The notes beneath the pieces were generated by a model. That model had not been told where the DNA came from and made no database searches. It saw only the letters and a program-made list of their open reading frames with translations. Below are positions 19,921 to 29,177 of a DNA stretch of 64,000 nucleotides, one piece after another. Both the position numbers and the translations under genes were made by a program. The stretch comes from Thermoproteota archaeon (lineage in GTDB: Archaea > Korarchaeota > Korarchaeia > Korarchaeales > Korarchaeaceae), in assembly GCA_027492205.1 (NCBI GenBank), contig JAOZFN010000009.1, positions 97,316 to 161,315 on the forward strand, read 5' to 3'. Within the stretch, counting starts at the first letter, position 1. Each line of letters begins with the position of its first letter.

Positions 19921-21108
19921 TCAGGAGGGCGGGAAGGTAACCGCCCTGACGGGGCAGATGCTCACGCAGACGCCGCAGCCGTAGCAGGCGTACTGATCCA
20001 CGACTGCCGTCTTCTTGCCGCCCCCTCCCTCTACCCTGATGGCGTTGTACCTGCAGGCCTGCTCGCAGATGCCGCAGGCGGTGCACTTCTCCGGGTCCAC
20101 CACCGGGTTCCGGACCTCGTAGTTGGGCTCCTCCCTCATGTGCTTCAGGGCGATGCCCCTGATGTCCTCCACCGAGTCGTAGCCGTGCTCCTCTAGCCAC
20201 TTCGCTATCTCCCTGGCCACCCTGCCGTAGATCCCCGGGCCCTCGATTATGGCGCCGGTGCAGATCTGCACGGCCGAGGCGCCGGCCATGAAGTACTCTA
20301 TGGCGTCCTCTCCCTTCGTGACGCCGCCCACCCCTATCACCGGCAGGTTCGTGTTCCTCGCGACCTCTGCAACCACTCTCACTCCCAGCGGCTTGATCGC
20401 CGGGCCGGAGAGCCAGCCGTAGCCGTACTTCCCGCCGAGCATAGGCTTGCCCTCCTCTATGTCGATGTGCAGCGTCGGTCCCAGCGAGTTTACCGCCACG
20501 ATCCCGTCTACGCCTATCTTCTCCAGCTCCTTGGCGAACTCGGGCAGGTTGAGGATGTGCGGGCTCAGCTTCGCGAATATCGGGATGTCAACCGCCTCCC
20601 TCAGGGCCTTGGCGATCTCCAAGATGGGCTTGTAGTCTACCCCCACGTAGTGGAGGGAGAACTCTATGCCGTCCACGCCCGCCTCCTGCACCTTCTTACC
20701 GAGGAAGCTGACCTCCTCGGCCGTGTACCCTATGCTGGCTATCAGGGGTAGGCCGGAGCTCTTGGCCAGCCTGTACTCAACGTCGAGCCAGCGCTGGTAG
20801 GGCAGGTCCGACCAGAGCTCGGTGTTCAGGAGGCCCCTCGGCATGAAGAGCTTGGTCCTGGTCCTCCTGACGATCCTCCCCCCCGCGGCGTAGAACACGT
20901 CGAAGTCGGTGAACCCCCTGTCCAGGACCACCATGGTGGGCCTTGGAACCTTGGCGGGCTCAACGCTGATGGTCTTGGCCACGAGCCCGCCAACCCCTGC
21001 CCTGGCCGCCGCGAGCAGGGCGGCCGCGTTCTGGCTGGGCGGTCCGGCGGCCGTGAGCACGGGGTTCCTGAACCTGATTCCGGCGACCTCAACCGTCAGG
21101 TCCACCAT
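19921..21108 (-). CDS. Dihydroorotate/dihydropyrimidine dehydrogenase (PreA-like) FMN protein with C-terminal 2x[4Fe-4S]
   Basis: NPVLTAAGP, AKT, KLSP, VNS, GWLSGPAIKP, IGVGGV, AGASAVQIC, two CxxCxxCxxxC motifs. Confidence 0.88.
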   Translation of the reverse strand: MVDLTVEVAGIRFRNPVLTAAGPPSQNAAALLAAARAGVGGLVAKTISVEPAKVPRPTMVVLDRGFTDFDVFYAAGGRIVRRTRTKLFMPRGLLNTELWSDLPYQRWLDVEYRLAKSSGLPLIASIGYTAEEVSFLGKKVQEAGVDGIEFSLHYVGVDYKPILEIAKALREAVDIPIFAKLSPHILNLPEFAKELEKIGVDGIVAVNSLGPTLHIDIEEGKPMLGGKYGYGWLSGPAIKPLGVRVVAEVARNTNLPVIGVGGVTKGEDAIEYFMAGASAVQICTGAIIEGPGIYGRVAREIAKWLEEHGYDSVEDIRGIALKHMREEPNYEVRNPVVDPEKCTACGICEQACRYNAIRVEGGGGKKTAVVDQYACYGCGVCVSICPVRAVTFPPS

Positions 21109-21113
21109 CGTGC

Positions 21114-23048
21114 TCACCTCCACCTACCGGCCAGCTCGCCTAGGCCGAGTTCCCTCAGGGTCTCGTCCTTGGGCACGCCTGTCTCCTTGTCTATGCCGGC
21201 GGCCTCGTAGTAGTCGTCCAGCATCTCGTGGAGCCTGCAGACGTGGCCCTTCGCCGGTCCGGTGGGCATGGGCTCTTTCAGGAACCTATCTGGGAGCGTG
21301 TCGTCCTTCCTCCTGAGTCCCTCCCTCACGTTGAACATCCTCCTATGGATGGCTATCCTCTTGGCTATCCTCTTGACCTCGTTGGGGTCGCCGAACTCCG
21401 CTATGCCCGTGGCCGCGGCGGCGGCCCTGGCCATGTCGGGGTAGTAGAAGACGGGCGGCCAGCCGACCTCGTACCAGCATATTATCAGGGAGTTGCCAAG
21501 CGCGTAGAGCATCTCAAGGTCCCAGACGAGCCAGCCCTTGTACCTGGTAGATTGGGGATCCACTAGATCCTTCACCTTGTCTGCACCGTACCTCTCCGCG
21601 GCCACCTGCTCGTACCCCCTCTCCTCGAGGCAGGAGAGCGAGGTGAGGTGGTCGGCCCCCCTGGCGGCCGTCGCGTGCGTCAGCCCGGAGGACTGGTGGG
21701 CCCTGCCGTCTTGGGCGGAGATCTCGTTGCCCTTAACGTGCATCGCGAACCTCTCGGTCCCCCTGCCTATGATCTCGGAGGCCCTCTTGCTCCCCTCCGC
21801 TATCATGTTCCCGAACCCCTCTCTGAAGGCCGTCTTCTTCACCAGCTCGACCATGGCCTCCGCGTTGCCCCAGCTCAGGTCAAGTCCTCCCGTTTCCTCC
21901 TTCGTCAACAGGCCGTGCTCCCAGCTCTCCATGGCCCACGCAATCGTCATTCCCAGAGAGATCGAGTCCATCCCGTAGAGGTCGGCCAGGTGGTTGGCGT
22001 AGAAGACCGCCTCGACATCCTCGACGAGCAGGCTGGACCCAAACGACACCAGGGCCTCGTACTCAGGTCCCTTGTAGATCCCGGCGTAGGGCTCCTTCCT
22101 CGACCTCACGAAGTACTTGCACTGCACCAGGCAGCCGAAGCAGCTGGCCTGCTTGACCCTGAACTCCTCCCTGATCCTCTCCCCCCCAATGAGGTGCGCC
22201 TTCTCCCAGTAGCCGGTCCAGTGGTTCTTGACCGGCATCCTCCCCATGGCGTTTATGGCCTCTACCAGGTTTGGCGTCCCGTACTTGGTGAGCGTCTCCT
22301 TCAGCGCGTCGCCCCAGTCCACCAGGAGCTTCCTGTATGCGTCATCGACGACCTCCATGAAGAGCTCGGGCTTCGCGACCCGAACCCCCCTGCTCCCCCT
22401 TACGGCTATGGCCTTGAGCCTCTTGGAGCCCATGACCGCGCCCATGCCCGTCCGGCCGGCCGCGTTGCCGAGGTCGTTGATGATGGAGGCGAACCTCACC
22501 GTGTTCTCTCCGGCCGGGCCGATGGCCGCGACCTTGAACGTCTCGTCCCCGAGCTCCTCCCTGATCATCTGTATGGTCTCGAAGGTCGTCTTCCCGCCGT
22601 AGAACCTACCGTTCCTCTCCTCGCCCCAGAGGTGGCTGGCGTCCCTCAGCTCGACGAGGTCGTCGTCGATGACCAGGTAGACCGGCCTCTCCGCCCTGCC
22701 CTGTATCACGATGAAGTCGTATCCTGCGAACTTGAGCTCGGGGCCGAAGAATCCGCCGGCGTTGGCGTGACCCCAGATCCCTGTGAGGGGCGACTTGGCG
22801 TTCACCTGGTACCTCCCCGCCGCCGGGAACATGGTGCCGGTCAGGGGGCCCGTGGAGATGACGAGCCTGTTGTCCGGCCCGAGCGGGTCCGTGTGCTCGT
22901 CCACCTCGTCCCAGAGTATCTTGACCGCGAACCCCAGACCGCCCAGGTAGTTTCTGATGAGCTCCTTCGGGGTCTCCTTTACCCAGACCTTCCCGGACGA
23001 GAGATCCACCCTCAGGTACCGCCCCGCGTATCCGCCCAACTCCACCAC
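21114..23048 (-). CDS. AOR/WOR family tungstoenzyme, paralogue 1
   Basis: KSPLTG, IGPAGEN, GAVMGSKRLKAIAVRG, CFGCLVQC, GPEYE, GMDSIS, RGADHL. Confidence 0.94.
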   Translation of the reverse strand: MVELGGYAGRYLRVDLSSGKVWVKETPKELIRNYLGGLGFAVKILWDEVDEHTDPLGPDNRLVISTGPLTGTMFPAAGRYQVNAKSPLTGIWGHANAGGFFGPELKFAGYDFIVIQGRAERPVYLVIDDDLVELRDASHLWGEERNGRFYGGKTTFETIQMIREELGDETFKVAAIGPAGENTVRFASIINDLGNAAGRTGMGAVMGSKRLKAIAVRGSRGVRVAKPELFMEVVDDAYRKLLVDWGDALKETLTKYGTPNLVEAINAMGRMPVKNHWTGYWEKAHLIGGERIREEFRVKQASCFGCLVQCKYFVRSRKEPYAGIYKGPEYEALVSFGSSLLVEDVEAVFYANHLADLYGMDSISLGMTIAWAMESWEHGLLTKEETGGLDLSWGNAEAMVELVKKTAFREGFGNMIAEGSKRASEIIGRGTERFAMHVKGNEISAQDGRAHQSSGLTHATAARGADHLTSLSCLEERGYEQVAAERYGADKVKDLVDPQSTRYKGWLVWDLEMLYALGNSLIICWYEVGWPPVFYYPDMARAAAAATGIAEFGDPNEVKRIAKRIAIHRRMFNVREGLRRKDDTLPDRFLKEPMPTGPAKGHVCRLHEMLDDYYEAAGIDKETGVPKDETLRELGLGELAGRWR

Positions 23049-23051
23049 GCA

Positions 23052-23546
23052 TCACCCCTGGGGGACTATCAGTGAGATCAGCCTGGCGGACCTCTGGGCC
23101 CCGTCCACCTTCTTCTGGTAGCCAACCTGGTCGGCCCTGACCCACTTGATGGCGCCCGTGGGGCACCTCCTGGCGCACTGCGGGTCTCCGCCGCAGAGGT
23201 CGCACTTCACCACCTGGAAGGTCACCGGGTCCACCTGAATGCCGCCGAACGGGCAGGCGTTGAGGCACTGCTTGCACTCTATGCACTTGGACTTGTCGAG
23301 GAAGACGGCGTTGCCGAACTGGTATAGGGCGCCGGTCGGGCAGGCCTCGACGCAGAGGGGCTTGCCGCAGTGCTGGCAGGTCATGGGGATGAAGACGCCC
23401 TCGAAGTCATTCCTCAGGACCTGTATGTAAGATCGCCTGGGGTTGAACTCGCCGTAGTGATGGAAGGAGCAGGCCTCTTCACAAATCCTGCACCCGGTGC
23501 ACTTGTCGGGGTCTATTACCAAGAGGTTCTGAACCCCCTCAACCAT
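23052..23546 (-). CDS. 4x[4Fe-4S] electron-transfer (WOR small) subunit
   Basis: CTGCRICEEAC, CQHCGKPLCVEACP, CIECKQCLNACP, KCDLC; ATG after GGTGAT SD. Confidence 0.92.
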   Translation of the reverse strand: MVEGVQNLLVIDPDKCTGCRICEEACSFHHYGEFNPRRSYIQVLRNDFEGVFIPMTCQHCGKPLCVEACPTGALYQFGNAVFLDKSKCIECKQCLNACPFGGIQVDPVTFQVVKCDLCGGDPQCARRCPTGAIKWVRADQVGYQKKVDGAQRSARLISLIVPQG

Positions 23547-23719
23547 GTGATCACCGCCAGCCCTGAATGGGCCGAACAAGGGGCTCCCACAGAGACCAAA
23601 TAAATCATGGGATGGGAATTCGAATTCAGAACGTTATCCTCTCTGGGTATATCGAGTCAGGGGCAATGGAAAGGGCGCCATCTGATAGAGCGGAGCTTGA
23701 GGAGAGGGCGGTTATCGCG

Positions 23720-23742
23720 AGAAAAAAGGGGGAGAGATTTTT
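23720..23742 (-). terminator. T-tract terminator after BMP gene
   Basis: Minus strand ATCTCTCCCCCTTTTTTCT immediately after stop at 23746. Confidence 0.5.
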
Positions 23743-23745
23743 GGT

Positions 23746-25050
23746 TCAGCCGCCCAGGGCCGGCCCGACTACGTTGTCGACCCACCACTGCATGGACCAG
23801 AGCTCGTCGTGGCCTAGCCTCTGGCCGGCCATGACCCTCAGCGTCCCCTGGTCGTCGTAGATGGGACCGGTGAAGGGATCGAAGACCTCGTCGTTCACGA
23901 ACACCCACCCGCTGCCTGTCCAGACCGCGCCCATCTGGATGAGCCTGGCCATCACGAGGGTGTAGACATCCGGGTTCTCGATTACGGTGCCGTTGGGCAG
24001 CTGGATGGTCTCCTGGACCCTGACGGACTTGAGCTCGTTGATGAACTTGGGGTTGATCGGCTGGTTGAAGGCGCAGCCCAGCTCGACGGAGCCCTCCTTC
24101 AGCTTCCACCAGTAGTCTACGTTCTGCAGGTTCTGGGTGTTGTAGGAACCGGAGTATATCTTGCTCAGGATGTCGTCGTAGATCACCTCCCAGTGCACCA
24201 GCTGACCGCTGACGCAGACGTCGGGACCGTATTCAAGCATCGGGCTGTAGTGGCCGAAGGCGAGGACCCTCTCGCCCCTCTCGAAGTGCTCCTGGGCGAC
24301 CTGGACGACGGTCGGCGAGTCCTCCGTGAATGCCAGCACGTCGACGCCCTCGGAGATCAGGGCCTCGGCGGCCTGCCTGGCCTTGGTCGGATCGTACCAG
24401 GCGCCTATCTCCCTGACGTAGACCTTGCAGTCGGGGCAGACCTCCTTGACGCCCAGCGCGAAGGCGTTGATGTGCCTCACCACCTCGGGGATCAGGTGCG
24501 CGGCGACGTAGCCGATCTTCTTGGTCTGTGTCAGGGCGCCGGCCATCAGGCCGTTCAGGTAGTAGACCTGGTAGAAGTCGGCGAAGTAGGTGCCCATGTT
24601 GGGAGCCCTCTTGTAGCCGGAGCAGTGCCAGAAGATCTTGTCGGGGTGCTTCTGGGCCTCCTCGAGGGTCGGATCCATGAAGTCGAAGCTTGTGGTGAAG
24701 ATCACGTCGTAGCCCTTGCCGATCAGCTGCTCTATCACTCCGGCGCACTCGGCCGGGGCGACCGACTCCACGTGGGTGGTCTCCAGCCAGTCGTACTTCT
24801 GGTCGACCATCTCCTTAGCGGCGTGGTGAGCGTAAGTCCAACCGATGTCCCCGATCGGTCCAACGTAGATCCATGCCGCCTTGATCTTCTTGGCTGGGGG
24901 TGCCTCGCACGGAGGGCAGGTTGCCGGGGCCGGGGTTTCGGTCGGACACGGGGGGCACTCCGCCGCGCCCTTCGGCGCCGCAAGGTACCCGATCGCCGCC
25001 CCGACTATGATGCCGACTATAACTAAGGCAGCCCACTGGGAGGAGGTCAT
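23746..25050 (-). CDS. BMP family (purine/nucleoside) ABC transporter substrate-binding protein
   Basis: N-terminal TM anchor, WIYVGPIGDIGWTYAH, TTSFDF, HCSG, PEVVRHINAFALG, WYDP; ATG 25050 after GGAGG. Confidence 0.92.
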   Translation of the reverse strand: MTSSQWAALVIVGIIVGAAIGYLAAPKGAAECPPCPTETPAPATCPPCEAPPAKKIKAAWIYVGPIGDIGWTYAHHAAKEMVDQKYDWLETTHVESVAPAECAGVIEQLIGKGYDVIFTTSFDFMDPTLEEAQKHPDKIFWHCSGYKRAPNMGTYFADFYQVYYLNGLMAGALTQTKKIGYVAAHLIPEVVRHINAFALGVKEVCPDCKVYVREIGAWYDPTKARQAAEALISEGVDVLAFTEDSPTVVQVAQEHFERGERVLAFGHYSPMLEYGPDVCVSGQLVHWEVIYDDILSKIYSGSYNTQNLQNVDYWWKLKEGSVELGCAFNQPINPKFINELKSVRVQETIQLPNGTVIENPDVYTLVMARLIQMGAVWTGSGWVFVNDEVFDPFTGPIYDDQGTLRVMAGQRLGHDELWSMQWWVDNVVGPALGG

Positions 25051-25118
25051 GTCTATCCCTCCCACGGAGAGCGTGGGTGAGTTGATTGCCGATTTGATGC
25101 CCATAAATTTTTCCCGGG

Positions 25119-25232
25119 AGTCGAAAAGCTAACCCCGCCGCCCGGGCGTTCGGCCGGGGGCGGCCAGCGACCCGTTATCGCGAGATGGATAACGCAGTCG
25201 AAAAGCTAACCCCGCCGCCCGGGCGTTCGGCC
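25119..25232. repeat. Two exact 37-bp direct repeats separated by 40 bp
   Basis: AGTCGAAAAGCTAACCCCGCCGCCCGGGCGTTCGGCC at 25119-25155 and 25196-25232; spacer contains CGTTATC-N8-GATAACG inverted repeat. Confidence 0.92.
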
Positions 25233-25420
25233 CGGTAAAACGGACGTCTTACCCGAGAAAAGCGGGCATCGCCCCCAAATTGTTAAAATATTGTATCCAT
25301 AATCGTTCGTTGTCAACATTTTCAAGAAGACTGCGGCAGGCGCTGATCGATCATAGGGCGAGTTCCCGACCCACCGGGGGCCCGCCGGCCCGGCCTCAAA
25401 TGAGGGGTGAGGGGGAGGGG

Positions 25421-26365
25421 CTACTTCTCTCCCCTCACGTAGGGCACTCCGAGTGCTGCCGGAGCCCCCATTCTCCTCCTCATGGTCTCCGTGGCGCCGG
25501 CGGTGAGAACTATCACCGTTAATAGGTACGGCACTCCGTTCAGGAGCCACTGGCTGTACCCGTAGGCCTGCAGGGTGTACCCCCCGGCCTCGACGACTCC
25601 AAACAGGTAGGCCCCGAATATTGCCCTCAGCGGGTTCCAGAGGGCGAATATCGTGAGCGCCAGCGCTATCCATCCCCTGCCAGCTGTCATGTTCTCTATC
25701 CAGGCCGGGCTGTAGGCCACCGACAGGTAGGCCCCGGCCATGCCGGCCAGGGCCCCTCCAAGGGCTGTGCAGGCGTACCTCACGAGGTAGACGTTAATTC
25801 CGAGGGCGTCGGCGGCGGCGGGGTTTTCGCCCGTTGACCTGATAACTATCCCCACCTTGGTCCTGTAGAGGACGAACCAGAGGACGACGGCGATAACTAT
25901 GCTGAGGTAGAATAGCGGCTCCTGGTCGAACAGGGCCTTACCCACCAACGGGAGCTTGACTAGGCCCTCCGAGAGGGGCTTTGGGAGGAACCTCGCCTTG
26001 ACGGGTAGCTGATAGCCGACGTACTTTCTCCCGATCACGCTGCTCAGCCCGAGCCCGAACATCGTGAGGGCCAGGCCGGAGACGACCTGATTGCCCCGGA
26101 GGTGGATGCTGATTACCCCGTGTATGAGGGACATTAGTAGGCCGACCGCCGTCGCCACGGCCACGCCCAGCCAGGGGTTGCCCGTGGTCAGTGCGGTGAT
26201 GAAGGCGGATACCGCCCCCATTATCATCATGCCCTCGACGCCCAGGTTGAGTATTCCCGACCTCTCGGCGTAGATCTCGCCGAGAGAGGCCAGGAGGAGG
26301 GGGGTCGCCGATCTGAAACCGACCCACAGGATGTTCTCAACCACCGACAGGTCCATCCGCATCAC
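25421..26365 (-). CDS. Nucleoside ABC transporter permease
   Basis: GE..ERSGILNLGVEGMM, GENP.AA...GI.V, GRGWIALAL. Confidence 0.93.
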   Translation of the reverse strand: MMRMDLSVVENILWVGFRSATPLLLASLGEIYAERSGILNLGVEGMMIMGAVSAFITALTTGNPWLGVAVATAVGLLMSLIHGVISIHLRGNQVVSGLALTMFGLGLSSVIGRKYVGYQLPVKARFLPKPLSEGLVKLPLVGKALFDQEPLFYLSIVIAVVLWFVLYRTKVGIVIRSTGENPAAADALGINVYLVRYACTALGGALAGMAGAYLSVAYSPAWIENMTAGRGWIALALTIFALWNPLRAIFGAYLFGVVEAGGYTLQAYGYSQWLLNGVPYLLTVIVLTAGATETMRRRMGAPAALGVPYVRGEK

Positions 26366-27438
26366 CTCCTGAGCTGGATCCTGTATCGTAGGAGGAAGTC
26401 ACCGGCGAGGACGAAGAAGAGGACGGCTCCGTTGAACATGTCCACGACGCCGATCGGGAGCTTGTAGTCGATCATGATGTACTGGCCACCCACCAGGAGC
26501 CCTCCGAAGAGGAAGTTGGCGATCAGCAGGCCGATCGGGTTGACGCCGCCGAGCCAGGCCGTGATTATGCCCGTGAAGCCGTACCCCGAGAGGAACTCGG
26601 GCGTGAACCGATGCTGGATGCCCGCGAACTCCCCGACGCCCGCCAGCCCGGCTAGGCCGCCGCTTATGATCATGGCCAGGGTAACGGTCCTCAGGTAGCT
26701 GATCCCGGCCGCCCTAGCGGCCTCGGGGTTGTCGCCCACAACCTTCATCTCGTAGCCAGCTGTCGTGTAGTTCAGAAACACGTACACCCCAACGGCGGCG
26801 AGTATGGAGAGGATTAGCGTGGGCCAGTGGATCCTGGTCTCCCCGATCACAGGCAGCCAGGCGTTCTTGGATATGATCTCTGTGTGCGCGAACCCCCCGT
26901 ACGTGAGCTGACCGACCCTCTCCCTGGCCTTCCAAGGCCCGTGAATGAGGTGCTGGAAGACCCAGTAGATGACGTAATAGAGCATCAGGGTTGATATGAC
27001 GTCGTTCACGTTCAGCTTCGCCTTCAGGACCGCGGGCGGGATTCCCCAGGCCGCGCCGGCCGCGAACCCGACCAAGAACATGGATGGTATGAGCGCGATG
27101 GACGACGCGTCCGGGAACGTCCTGGCCACCACGTAGGCCGCCATCGCCCCCACCAGGAGCTGACCCTCGGCCCCTATGTTCCAGAAGCCAGTCTTGAAAA
27201 CCAGCGCGAGTCCGGCGCTGACGAGCAGGAGGGGCATCATTCTCACTATGGTCTCGGTGAGGCCGACCTTTGTGCCAAACGCGTTGAAGAAGATGGACCT
27301 GTAGACGTCAAGCGGGTTCACCCCATACGCGTAGAATATGACGGCCACCGCTAGCAGGGCCAACACGACGGATCCTATCCTGACGGCGAGGGCGAACCTT
27401 CTGGGCACAACCACGCGCTTCCGAACTATCACCCTCAT
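26362..27438 (-). CDS. Nucleoside ABC transporter permease
   Basis: WNIGAEGQ, GDNPEAARAAGI, SGGLAGLAG, GYGFTGI. Confidence 0.93.
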   Translation of the reverse strand: MRVIVRKRVVVPRRFALAVRIGSVVLALLAVAVIFYAYGVNPLDVYRSIFFNAFGTKVGLTETIVRMMPLLLVSAGLALVFKTGFWNIGAEGQLLVGAMAAYVVARTFPDASSIALIPSMFLVGFAAGAAWGIPPAVLKAKLNVNDVISTLMLYYVIYWVFQHLIHGPWKARERVGQLTYGGFAHTEIISKNAWLPVIGETRIHWPTLILSILAAVGVYVFLNYTTAGYEMKVVGDNPEAARAAGISYLRTVTLAMIISGGLAGLAGVGEFAGIQHRFTPEFLSGYGFTGIITAWLGGVNPIGLLIANFLFGGLLVGGQYIMIDYKLPIGVVDMFNGAVLFFVLAGDFLLRYRIQLRR

Positions 27439-29003
27439 GAGGCCATCTCCTCCCTGGCCAGCCTCCTGGCTCCGGCCATCATCAGCCCTATCTCCTCAAT
27501 CGAGGCCTCTTCTGGCCTGACTATGCCGACGATTTCACCGTTGAACATCACCCCAACCCTGTCGCTGAGCTGGAGCACCTCCTCGAGGTCCTCGGAGATT
27601 AGGAGCACGGCGGCCCCTCTCTTCCTCTGTTCGAGCAGGATCCGGCGGATGTACTCGGTCGCACCGACGTCCAGCCCGTAGGTGGGGTGGGCGGCCACGA
27701 TGAGCCTGGGCTCTTTGTGGAGTTCCCTGGCGCATATCAGCCTCTGGATGTTCCCCCCGGACAGGAGCTTCGCCGGGGTCAGGGGGCTTGGGGTCACTAT
27801 GTCGAACTTGTTGATGAGCCTCTCAGCATCCTCGATCACCTTAGAGTGGTCCAGGAGCAGCCCCCTCCTGTAGGGCTCCTTGTAGTAGTCCTTGAGGATG
27901 AGGTTCTCGGCGACGCTCAGGTTGGGTACGATGCCGTGCCTCAGCCTCTCCTCCGGAATGTGGGCCACCCCCCTGGAGGCGATGAACCTGGGCGACTTGT
28001 TTGTGACATCTACCCCGTCTATGAGTACTCGGCCCGCGGTGGCCTTCCTGAGTCCTACTACGACCTCCGCAAGCTCTCTCTGACCGTTCCCCGCGACCCC
28101 GGCTATGCCGAAGATCTCGCCCTCGTGGACCCTGAAGCTTACCCCCCTGACCGCGGGGAGCCCCCTGTCGTTCAGGGCGTGTAGGTTCTCCACCTCCAGG
28201 ACGGGCTTACCCCTCGAGACGCGTTCCTTCTCCAACCTGAACAGGACTTCCCTGCCCACCATCATCCTCGCGAGCTCCTCCTTAGTCGTCTCGCTGGCCT
28301 TCAGGGTGCCTACGACCTTCCCCCTCCTCATGACAGTGACCCGGTCGGCGACCTCGAACACCTCGTCCAGCTTGTGCGTGATGAAGATTATGCCCTTGCC
28401 CTCGTCCCTCATCCTCTTGATGATCTTGAACAGCTCCCTCGTCTCCTGCGGGGTCAGCACCGACGTCGGCTCGTCGAGTATAAGTATGTCGGCGCCGTGG
28501 TAGAGGGCCTTGATTATCTCGACCCTCTGCTGCTCGCCCGCGGAGAGCTGCCAGATGTAGGCGTCCGGATCGACCTTGAGCCCGTACTTCTCGGCGAACT
28601 CCCTGAGCCTCTCCTTTATCTCCTTCAACGGGTTCAGCAGGCTCTCGGCGTACCCCAGGGCTATGTTCTCCGCCACCGTGTGCCGATCCACGAGCATGAA
28701 GTGCTGGTGGACCATCCCTATCCCGAGGCTCATCGCGTCCCTGGGGCTCCTGATCTCGACCCTCCTGCCCCTGACGTAGATCTCGCCGCCGTCCGGGTAG
28801 TATATCCCATAGAGTATGTTCATCAGGGTGGTCTTCCCGGCGCCGTTCTCGCCGAGGAGGGCGTGTACCTCTCCGGGCCTCAGCTCGAAGTTGACGTGGT
28901 CGTTGGCCAGCACTCCGGGGAATCTCTTCACGATACTGACCATCTTAACGAGGAGGTCGGTTTCTCGGGGCTCGCTCGCCACGGCGGTAGCCTCAGAGGC
29001 CAA
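27435..29003 (-). CDS. Nucleoside/sugar ABC transporter ATP-binding protein (tandem NBD)
   Basis: GENGAGKTT, VHQHF, LSAGEQQR, ILDEPT, LSGGNIQR, PTYGLDV. Confidence 0.95.
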   Translation of the reverse strand: MASEATAVASEPRETDLLVKMVSIVKRFPGVLANDHVNFELRPGEVHALLGENGAGKTTLMNILYGIYYPDGGEIYVRGRRVEIRSPRDAMSLGIGMVHQHFMLVDRHTVAENIALGYAESLLNPLKEIKERLREFAEKYGLKVDPDAYIWQLSAGEQQRVEIIKALYHGADILILDEPTSVLTPQETRELFKIIKRMRDEGKGIIFITHKLDEVFEVADRVTVMRRGKVVGTLKASETTKEELARMMVGREVLFRLEKERVSRGKPVLEVENLHALNDRGLPAVRGVSFRVHEGEIFGIAGVAGNGQRELAEVVVGLRKATAGRVLIDGVDVTNKSPRFIASRGVAHIPEERLRHGIVPNLSVAENLILKDYYKEPYRRGLLLDHSKVIEDAERLINKFDIVTPSPLTPAKLLSGGNIQRLICARELHKEPRLIVAAHPTYGLDVGATEYIRRILLEQRKRGAAVLLISEDLEEVLQLSDRVGVMFNGEIVGIVRPEEASIEEIGLMMAGARRLAREEMAS

Positions 29004-29177
29004 GTTTCCCCCCGACCGCCTTTTTCGGGAACCATATTAATCTAACACTGGGGGGCGACCCGGCCAGCCCTAGAACGAGGTTAATTCTCAAAACCAATTG
29101 CCCCACGAGTCGCTCCCCGTAGCCACCTTCGGACAGGGGCCAAACGTTCGGGTGCCTGTTATTAGAAAGGTCCTCCG

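Noticed and set aside
25119-25232. Bona fide CRISPR array
   Set aside because: Only two repeats, no cas genes, repeat lacks typical termini; kept only as an unexplained repeat
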